From a virus (Duplodnaviria > Caudoviricetes): a DNA stretch of 48,655 nt. Within the stretch, counting starts at the first letter, position 1; each line of letters opens with the position of its first letter. Position numbers and translations under genes: made by a program. Under the pieces are notes generated by a model that saw only the letters and a program-made list of their open reading frames with translations, had not been told where the DNA came from and did not search any database. This document shows, piece after piece, positions 41,654 through 48,655 of this stretch. The stretch covers positions 1 to 48,655 of the IMG/VR virus record IMGVR_UViG_3300009502_000072; one strand, given 5' to 3'.

Positions 41654-44131
41654 ATGGCAATCGAAAAAAGCTTGTACCAAGCACCGCAGGGAACGACCGA
41701 GGTCGACCCCGTTGTCATGGACTTCGAAATAACAGAGGACGGCAAGCCATCCGAGGAAATCGAAGTCGAGATAATTCCCGATCCGTTCGATGAAAACCTC
41801 ATTGACCGTCTTGACGCATCCTATGTCGGAACCCTTGCCACCGAACTGCTCTCCGACTTCGACGACGATGTCAACTCGCGTAAAGACTGGCTCGACACTT
41901 ACGTCGACGGGCTTGAACTCCTCGGGTTGAAAATGGAGGAGCGCACCGAACCGTGGGAAGGCGCATGCGGGATTGTCCATCCGCTCCTCACGGAAAGCCT
42001 GATCCGGTTCCAAGCCGAGACGGTTATGGCGATCTTCCCCGCAGAGGGGCCGTGCAAGACGAAGATCCGAGGCAAGGAGACACAGGAAAAGAAGGAAGCC
42101 GCGCAGCGTGTGCGCGACGACATGAACTACAAGCTGACGGAGCAGATGACCGAGTTCCGCCCAGAAATGGAACGTGCCATCTGGGGTCTGGGTCTTTCGG
42201 GAAACTCCTTCAAGAAGGTCTACAAAGACCCTTCCCTCAAGCGCCAGACATCGATCTATGTCACCGCCGACGATGTGGTTGTCCCGTATGGAACCACAGA
42301 CCTTCAGTCGGCGCAGCGCGTCACGCACGTTATGCGCAAGTACAAGAACGACCTGCGCAAGCTTCAGGTATCGGGCTTTTACGCAGACATCGATCTGGGC
42401 GATCCGGTCAACACGCTGGACGAGGTTGAAAAGAAAATCGCCGAAAAGCTTGGGTTCAGGGCTACCAGCGATGACCGCTACAAGCTGCTGGAGATGCAGG
42501 TCAACCTTGATCTGCCGGGGTTCGAAGACAGGGGCGAGGATGGCGAAATGACGGGCATCGAACTGCCCTACATCGTCACCATCGAAAAGAATACCGCCAA
42601 GGTCTTGGCGATACGCCGCAACTGGGTCGAGGGCGACGAGACATTTGCCAAGCGCCAGCACTTTGTTCACTACGGCTATATACCCGGCTTCGGGTTCTAC
42701 CACCTTGGTCTGATCCACATCATCGGCGCGTATGCAAAGTCAGGCACCTCCATCCTGCGCCAGTTGGTCGATGCTGGGACGTTGGCAAATCTCCCCGGCG
42801 GCTTTAAGACTCGCGGCATGCGTACCAAAGGCGACGACACGCCCATCGGCCCCGGCGAGTGGAAGGATGTCGACGTTGCCTCCGGAGTCCTAAAAGACAA
42901 CATCATGCCGTTGCCCTACAAGGAACCGAGTCAGGTTCTGGCGGCATTGCTCGACAAGATCATCGAAGAAGGTCGACGGTGCGCCAATACCGCAGACATC
43001 AACATCTCCGACATGAGCGCACAAGCGCCGGTAGGCACGACGATGGCGCTGCTGGAGCGAACCCTCAAGGTGCTGACCGCAGTGCAGGCGCGTACCCACT
43101 TCTCGCTCAAGAACGAACTGAAACTCCTCAAGTCAATCATTGCCGAGGATGCCCCAGACACATACGACTACGATCCGGAGACAGGCAACCGCTCCGCCAA
43201 AAAGTCCGACTACAACGATGTCGATGTCATCCCAGTCTCCGATCCCAATGCCAGCACCCTTGCGCAAAAGATCATCCAGTACCAAGCGGCATTGCAGCTT
43301 GCCCAAGGCGCACCGCAGTTCTACAACATGCCGCTGCTGCACCGCCAGATGCTGGAAGTGCTGGGCTTGAAGGATGCGCAGAAGCTGATCCCGCTGCCCG
43401 AGGACATGAAGCCGGTCGATCCTGTCTCCGAGAACCAGAACATCCTCATGGCAAAGCCCGTCAAAGCTTTTGCCTATCAGGATCACAGGGCGCACATTAC
43501 CGTCCACATGTCAGCCATGCATGACCCACAGATTGCGGCAATGCTCGGGCAGACGCCGCAGGCGCAAACCTTGCAGGCATCGATGCAGGCGCACATCAAC
43601 GAACACTTGGGATTTGCGTATCGCGTCGAGATTGAGAAGCAACTTGGCTTCAACCTTCCGCCGATGCTCGACGAGATGGGAGACCCAAACCCAATCAATC
43701 CGGAACTGGAAGCCAAGCTTGCCCCCTTGCTTGCCACCGCAGCGACACAGCTGCTGCAGCAGAACCAAGGTCAGGCAGCGCAACAGCAGGCGCAACAACA
43801 GGCGCAAGACCCAATCGTCCAGCTTCAGCAAAAAGAACTGCAGATCAAAGAACTGGAAGTCGAGCGCAAGAAACTCAAGGATCAGGTCGACGCACAACTC
43901 AAGGAAAAGCAAATCGCCGTCGAGGAGAAGCGCGTGGACAATCAGGCGCGGGTCGATGGAATCCGCATCGGCGTTCAGGCAAAGAAAGATGCCACCGAGT
44001 TCAGGGGCAAACAGTTGATGGAAGGCGCTCGGATTGGTCTGGATGCCCAAAAACATCACAACGACATGCATGAGCGCATGGCTGACAAAATCAGCAGTTT
44101 AAACAGCGAGGAACCCAATGGAACTGATTAA
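41654..44131 (+). CDS. Portal protein
   Basis: Follows TerL; 825 aa; HPLL.E...FQA, PGFGFY.LGL, APVGTT.AL and Q-rich coiled-coil tail. Confidence 0.88.
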   Translation: MAIEKSLYQAPQGTTEVDPVVMDFEITEDGKPSEEIEVEIIPDPFDENLIDRLDASYVGTLATELLSDFDDDVNSRKDWLDTYVDGLELLGLKMEERTEPWEGACGIVHPLLTESLIRFQAETVMAIFPAEGPCKTKIRGKETQEKKEAAQRVRDDMNYKLTEQMTEFRPEMERAIWGLGLSGNSFKKVYKDPSLKRQTSIYVTADDVVVPYGTTDLQSAQRVTHVMRKYKNDLRKLQVSGFYADIDLGDPVNTLDEVEKKIAEKLGFRATSDDRYKLLEMQVNLDLPGFEDRGEDGEMTGIELPYIVTIEKNTAKVLAIRRNWVEGDETFAKRQHFVHYGYIPGFGFYHLGLIHIIGAYAKSGTSILRQLVDAGTLANLPGGFKTRGMRTKGDDTPIGPGEWKDVDVASGVLKDNIMPLPYKEPSQVLAALLDKIIEEGRRCANTADINISDMSAQAPVGTTMALLERTLKVLTAVQARTHFSLKNELKLLKSIIAEDAPDTYDYDPETGNRSAKKSDYNDVDVIPVSDPNASTLAQKIIQYQAALQLAQGAPQFYNMPLLHRQMLEVLGLKDAQKLIPLPEDMKPVDPVSENQNILMAKPVKAFAYQDHRAHITVHMSAMHDPQIAAMLGQTPQAQTLQASMQAHINEHLGFAYRVEIEKQLGFNLPPMLDEMGDPNPINPELEAKLAPLLATAATQLLQQNQGQAAQQQAQQQAQDPIVQLQQKELQIKELEVERKKLKDQVDAQLKEKQIAVEEKRVDNQARVDGIRIGVQAKKDATEFRGKQLMEGARIGLDAQKHHNDMHERMADKISSLNSEEPNGTD

Positions 44132-44309
44132 TCCTCTGACGAAGGAACTCAGGGAAAAGGCTGACCAGCTTGGCGACTATTTACTCTCGGGGAGGGTCAA
44201 GACCTTCGACGAGTACAAGGGAGTTTGCGGGGAGATCAGGGGTCTTCTCACCGCGATTGAGTACGCCAAAGACCTCAAAACCAGAATGGAGCATGACAAT
44301 GACACCTAG
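44118..44309 (+). CDS. Conserved small head-module protein
   Basis: L.SG....DEYK...GEI.GL motif, lying between portal and GroES. Confidence 0.7.
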   Translation: MELINPLTKELREKADQLGDYLLSGRVKTFDEYKGVCGEIRGLLTAIEYAKDLKTRMEHDNDT

Positions 44310-44736
44310 CTTGCTGATTGGCTCAAACCCCAACAGTCCAAAGGTCGTAGGAACCATTACTTTCAACAAGCCCGAAGCGGAAGAAGTTCCTGACGGCGAA
44401 AAAGCCAAGCAATTGCCAACTCCCGTGGGGTACAAAATACTCTGCGCCATCCCCGAGGTGGAGAAGGAGTACGAAAACGGCATCGTCAAGGCGGATGTCA
44501 CCATCGATTACGAGGAAAAGCTTGCCACGGTGCTGTTTGTCGTGGCGATGGGGCCGGACTGCTACGCAGACAAGACCCGCTATCCCTCTGGCGCGTGGTG
44601 CAAGGTGGGCGATTTCATTGTCGTTCGACCGCACATCGGCACCCGACTGCTCATTCATGGTCGCGAATTTCGCTCAATCAACGATGATTGCGTCGAAATG
44701 ACCGTCGAAGACCCTCGCGGCATCAAACGCGCTTAA
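44299..44736 (+). CDS. GroES-like co-chaperonin
   Basis: P.GYKIL...GI...VVAMGPD.Y...WCKVGD...G.EFR.INDD.V. Confidence 0.8.
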   Translation: MTPSLLIGSNPNSPKVVGTITFNKPEAEEVPDGEKAKQLPTPVGYKILCAIPEVEKEYENGIVKADVTIDYEEKLATVLFVVAMGPDCYADKTRYPSGAWCKVGDFIVVRPHIGTRLLIHGREFRSINDDCVEMTVEDPRGIKRA

Positions 44737-44748
44737 AGGAGGCACACC

Positions 44749-45684
44749 ATGCCCAGATTTGAAACCCCCGAATTCAAGTTTCCCGACGAAATCAACGGTC
44801 AATCGACCGAAGCCGACGTTCGGGAGCCGATTGAGGTCGTCATCGAAGACGACACGCCTGCCGATGACCGTGGCAGGGAACCCATGCCCGAGGACATCGT
44901 CAAAAAGCTGGAAGACGACGATCTTTCCAGCTACACCACCGACCAACGCGAGCGGTTTAAACAGCTGAAAAAGGTCTGGCACGACGAAAGACGCGCCAAA
45001 GAGGCTGCTTTGCGTGAGCAAAGCGAGGCTGTGACCGCAGCGCAACGAATTGCCGAGGAAAACAAGCGCCTGAAAGCCACGATTGACGCCGGTCGCACCG
45101 AATATGCCGAGGCATTGAAAAAAACGGCTGAAATCGAACTGGCACAGGCTCGGCGAGCCGCTCGCGAGGCTTATGACCTCGGCGATACGGACAAAATCCT
45201 CGACTCGCAGGAGCAGATCGCCAAGCTGACGGTTCAGCAGGAACGTGCGGCGCAAAACCAACAAGTCCCTTTACAACCCACCGGTAATCCGGTACAACAG
45301 TCTCAGAATTACCGTCCCGACGCCAAGGCGCTTGCGTGGCAAGAGCGCAATCAGTGGTTTGGCAAGGATGACGAGATGACTGCAAGTGCGCTTGGTCTCC
45401 ATGCGAAGCTGCAGAAGTCTGGAGTCACCCTCGGCTCGGACGCCTATTACGACGAATTGGACAAAACAATGCGTCGTCGCTTTCCAGAGTCATTTGGCGA
45501 GCCAGTACGGGAGCCTCAAGCAACTCCAAGAAAAACCGCAACGGTTGTTGCGCCTGCATCGCGAAGCACCGCGCCGAAACGCGTGTCATTGCGGCAGTCA
45601 CAAGTCGATCTCGCCCGAAAGCTTGGTCTGACACCGGAGCAGTATGTTGCTGAAGTCTTGAAACTGGAGTCCTCAAATGTCTGA
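44749..45684 (+). CDS. Putative capsid scaffolding protein
   Basis: Acidic N-terminus, coiled coil, W..RN.WF, C-terminal ARKLGLT.EQY; lies upstream of the capsid genes. Confidence 0.7.
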   Translation: MPRFETPEFKFPDEINGQSTEADVREPIEVVIEDDTPADDRGREPMPEDIVKKLEDDDLSSYTTDQRERFKQLKKVWHDERRAKEAALREQSEAVTAAQRIAEENKRLKATIDAGRTEYAEALKKTAEIELAQARRAAREAYDLGDTDKILDSQEQIAKLTVQQERAAQNQQVPLQPTGNPVQQSQNYRPDAKALAWQERNQWFGKDDEMTASALGLHAKLQKSGVTLGSDAYYDELDKTMRRRFPESFGEPVREPQATPRKTATVVAPASRSTAPKRVSLRQSQVDLARKLGLTPEQYVAEVLKLESSNV

Positions 45685-46132
45685 TAACCGCACCTCCCGT
45701 GAAGTTCAAACCCGCGAATTGACGGAGCATCCCAAGCAGTGGATGCAGCCCGAACTGTTGCCTGTCCCGGTGAAGCAGCCGGGGTACGAATACCGTTGGA
45801 TTCGCGTATCGATCCACGAAAAAGCCGATCCCCGAAACGTGACATCAAAAATGCGCGAAGGCTGGGAGCCGGTCAAGGTCGAAGAACAACCCGACATGCA
45901 ACTGCTAGTCGATCCCAACAGCCGTTTTAAGGACAGCATTGAGATCGGCGGGTTGCTGCTCTGCAAGACCCCAACTGAATTCGTGCGGCAGCGGAATGAA
46001 TTTTTCGCCAAGCAGGCACGGGCGCAGACGGATTCTGTGGACAACAACTTTATGCGCCAAAGCGACCCTCGGATGCCCACCATGTTCAAAGAGAGCAAGG
46101 CAACCAAGGTGACCGTTGGCACTCGCGAATAA
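45677..46132 (+). CDS. Conserved head-module protein
   Basis: GY.YRWIR...REGWEPV...IGGLLLC motif. Confidence 0.75.
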   Translation: MSDNRTSREVQTRELTEHPKQWMQPELLPVPVKQPGYEYRWIRVSIHEKADPRNVTSKMREGWEPVKVEEQPDMQLLVDPNSRFKDSIEIGGLLLCKTPTEFVRQRNEFFAKQARAQTDSVDNNFMRQSDPRMPTMFKESKATKVTVGTRE

Positions 46133-46150
46133 CCAATTCAGGAGTCTTCA

Positions 46151-46990
46151 ATGGCTTATCCTTCCGTCTCAGCCCCCTACGGGCTAAAGCCGATCAATTT
46201 GATCGGCGGACAGACGTTTGCGGGTTCGACCCGTGAACTGCCGATCCAGTACGGTTACGCCACGGACATCGGTTACGGCGACATTCTGGAACTTGCTCGT
46301 GGCACGGTGGTTAAGTCCACCATCACGACCTCCAGCGCATCGCACCAACTGATCGGTGTCTTCCTTGGCTGCACCTACACCAGCCCCACCACCAAGCAGA
46401 AAATGTTCTCCCAGAACTGGCCCAGCGGTACGCTGGCTGGTGATGCGATGGCATACATCTGCGATGACCCCGACACGGTCTTTCAAGTCGTCATGTGTTC
46501 CGCCACCACGGTCGTCGCTTCGGGCGCGATTGCGATGATCGGGCAAAACCTCGGCTTGATCCAGAACGCTGTCAACCTCAACAACGGCGACTCGACCGTC
46601 GCGGCGCTGTACTCCGCCACCACCACCACCAACGTGCTTCCGCTGCGCGTCGTCGGTCTGGTCGGCGAATCGGCGATCACGGCATCGGCTCCCGGCAGTT
46701 CATCGTCCACGACCATTACCCTCACGGGTTCCGGTTCTCCGATTGCGCTTCCGGTTGGCACCGACGTTGGCTACATCGCCGCAAACGGACAGTTTATCCA
46801 GACTGGTTCGTATGTGTCGGTCGCCGCCGTCGCTGGTGCAACGTCGATCACCATCAACTCCGCGATTGCGGTTCCCGGCTCGGTCACGGCGATTCCTTCT
46901 GCCTCGACCGTTGTCTTCACCCAGTACCCTGAACTCAAAGTGAAGTTGAACTTTGGCGCTCATGAGTACTACACCGCTACGGCGATCTAA
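46151..46990 (+). CDS. Putative capsid decoration/minor structural protein
   Basis: PYGLKP...GVFLGC.Y...DDPD motif; T/S/A/V-rich; directly upstream of the MCP. Confidence 0.6.
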   Translation: MAYPSVSAPYGLKPINLIGGQTFAGSTRELPIQYGYATDIGYGDILELARGTVVKSTITTSSASHQLIGVFLGCTYTSPTTKQKMFSQNWPSGTLAGDAMAYICDDPDTVFQVVMCSATTVVASGAIAMIGQNLGLIQNAVNLNNGDSTVAALYSATTTTNVLPLRVVGLVGESAITASAPGSSSSTTITLTGSGSPIALPVGTDVGYIAANGQFIQTGSYVSVAAVAGATSITINSAIAVPGSVTAIPSASTVVFTQYPELKVKLNFGAHEYYTATAI

Positions 46991-47001
46991 GGGGATCAAT
47001 C

Positions 47002-47913
47002 ATGGCAATTTCACGCGCACAGCTACTGAAAGAGCTGCTCCCCGGTCTGAACGCCCTGTTCGGTCTGGAGTACAAGCGATACGGCGAGGAACACAAGGAG
47101 ATCTACGAAACCGAGACCTCCGAACGTTCCTTCGAAGAGGAAACCAAACTCTCCGGGTTCTCCGCCGCGCCCGTCAAGAACGAGGGTCAGGCAGTCCAGT
47201 TCGACAACGCACAGGAAGCTTGGACGGCTCGCTACAACCACGAAACCATCGCGCTGGGCTATGCGATCACCGAAGAAGCAATGGAGGACAACCTCTATGA
47301 CTCTCTCTCGGCTCGCTACACCAAGGCACTGGCTCGTGCGATGGCGTACACCAAACAGGTCAAGGCTGCTGCCATCCTGAACAACGGCTTCTCGTCCGCC
47401 TTTACCGGCGGCGACGGGGTTGCACTGTTCTCGACGGCTCACCCGCTGGTCTCCGGTGGCGTCAATAGCAACACCCCCGCCACTGCCTCCGACCTGAATG
47501 AAACGTCGTTGGAAAACGCCGTCATCCAGATCGCTGGCTGGCAAGACGAGCGCGGTCTCCTGATCGCCGCCCGTGCCAAGAAGTTGATCGTCCCGCCTCC
47601 CCTGCAATTCGTTGCAACGCGCCTGCTTGAAACCAAGCTTCGCGTGGGTACGACGGACAACGACATCAACGCCATCGAAAACAACGGCTCGATTCCGGAA
47701 GGTTACGTTCAAAACCACTTCCTGACCGATACGAACGCTTGGTTTCTGACGACCGACGTTCCGAACGGCTTGAAGCACTTTGTTCGTGCGCCGTTGACGA
47801 CTTCGATGGACGGTGACTTCGACACGGGCAACGTCCGTTACAAGTCTCGCGAGCGCTACAGCTTCGGCTGGTCTGACCCGCTCGGCATGTTCGCGTCTCC
47901 CGGCGCGTCGTGA
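47002..47913 (+). CDS. Major capsid protein
   Basis: MAISRAQLLKELLPGLNALFG...K.EG....D...GGDG..L.S.AHP...RERYSFG.SD. Confidence 0.9.
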   Translation: MAISRAQLLKELLPGLNALFGLEYKRYGEEHKEIYETETSERSFEEETKLSGFSAAPVKNEGQAVQFDNAQEAWTARYNHETIALGYAITEEAMEDNLYDSLSARYTKALARAMAYTKQVKAAAILNNGFSSAFTGGDGVALFSTAHPLVSGGVNSNTPATASDLNETSLENAVIQIAGWQDERGLLIAARAKKLIVPPPLQFVATRLLETKLRVGTTDNDINAIENNGSIPEGYVQNHFLTDTNAWFLTTDVPNGLKHFVRAPLTTSMDGDFDTGNVRYKSRERYSFGWSDPLGMFASPGAS

Positions 47914-47923
47914 TGAAGTAAAG

Positions 47924-47952
47924 GAAACCCCGCTTCGGCGGGGTTTCTTCTT
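47924..47952 (+). terminator. Intrinsic terminator after the MCP gene
   Basis: GAAACCCCGC-TTCG-GCGGGGTTTC followed by TTCTT. Confidence 0.85.
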
Positions 47953-47979
47953 GCAGGTTTAAACAGACAGGAGTATAAA
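47951..47979 (+). promoter_or_regulatory. Sigma70-type promoter with GTTTAAAC in the spacer
   Basis: TTGCAG-17 bp-TATAAA. Confidence 0.6.
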
Positions 47980-48065
47980 TGTCTGGACTGGGAACCCAGC
48001 CTCACCAACCGCCCCAGCGGACGTTGCAGAGATGATGAGGCTTGTAACTGCATAAGGAGTCCATC

Positions 48066-48587
48066 ATGGGCTTTGCTACACACTTAGGGCCGTGGCTTCA
48101 GGGAACCCAGAAATGGACGACCGGAACGACCCCCGGCACCATCCGCAATACCGGTGCCAGCACAGTCTCGCAGACCTTCAAGAAAGATTTCACTGGCGCA
48201 GCCTTCGGCTCCGCGACCACTGTCCCGCTGTTCACCCTCCCCGCTGGCGCACAAATCGTCAACACCCACATCGATGTCCTGACGGCGTTCACCGGCTCGA
48301 CTGCGGCGAACATCACCATCGGTGACGGCACGACTGCCAACAAGTACTGGACGACCACCGATATCACGGCGGCTGGGCGCGTGGCTATGACCAACGCAGC
48401 GCTTTCGGCATGGTGTGGTGCGGCTTCGACGGCGTCCCCGAACGGCATCGGTATTGGCCCGCTTGACATCACGGTGACCGCTGCGCTGACCCCCACGGTT
48501 GCCAACGTCACGGCTGGACTGGTTCAGTTCACCATCGTGTATGTGGTGGCCCAGTCGGACGGCACGCAGTATCCGGTGGCGTCGTAA
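48066..48587 (+). CDS. Putative structural protein
   Basis: THLGPW...LPAGAQI beta-rich protein after the MCP; SD TAAGGAG. Confidence 0.65.
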   Translation: MGFATHLGPWLQGTQKWTTGTTPGTIRNTGASTVSQTFKKDFTGAAFGSATTVPLFTLPAGAQIVNTHIDVLTAFTGSTAANITIGDGTTANKYWTTTDITAAGRVAMTNAALSAWCGAASTASPNGIGIGPLDITVTAALTPTVANVTAGLVQFTIVYVVAQSDGTQYPVAS

Positions 48588-48655
48588 GCACGGCTTACCA
48601 TAGGGGATAGCCGTCATGAGCGATGAGCACGAGTTTGCAGATGGGCCGATGACAG

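Noticed and set aside
41546-42718. Long antisense ORF (390 aa); likewise 32932-34038, 2277-3272, 4185-5105 and 47023-47778
   Set aside because: Shadow frames of strongly codon-biased real genes, with no motifs or SD
337-47964. GTTTAAAC as PmeI cloning or linker scars
   Set aside because: The sites sit in frame within intact conserved motifs (e.g. IRLNVTSD) and are accompanied by degenerate variants, which fits natural selection better than ligation artefacts

Overview
Most of a tailed dsDNA phage genome (podovirus-like gene order), in four blocks. (1) + strand 33-11411: putative virion-ejected proteins, including a GH73 muramidase-bearing protein and a 2812-aa polyvalent protein (zincin, Gp88-like, ParB-like, ADP-ribosyltransferase-like and LPD38-like regions). 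(2) - strand 11394-24667: dozens of small accessory genes plus an SSB-like/ERF/exonuclease recombination module. (3) + strand 24731-29125 (RusA, a structured-RNA region, HNH, primase-helicase, nuclease), facing a - strand operon at 29366-35578 with a MoxR/CobS-type AAA+ ATPase, a split CobT/vWA partner and a degenerate SprT-like protein. (4) + strand 36502-end: TerS, LexA-like HTH, TerL with two inteins, portal, GroES-like protein, scaffold and major capsid protein. I saw no integrase, DNA polymerase, tRNA or CRISPR array. The most unusual signals are: at least 26 exact copies of the palindrome GTTTAAAC across genes and promoter spacers; an endonuclease VII gene overprinted out of frame inside the second TerL intein; a type I hammerhead ribozyme in a non-coding RNA cluster; and a cluster of DnaA boxes and GAAC-N4-GTTC palindromes upstream of the packaging genes. 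All family assignments come from motif recognition by eye, not database searches.
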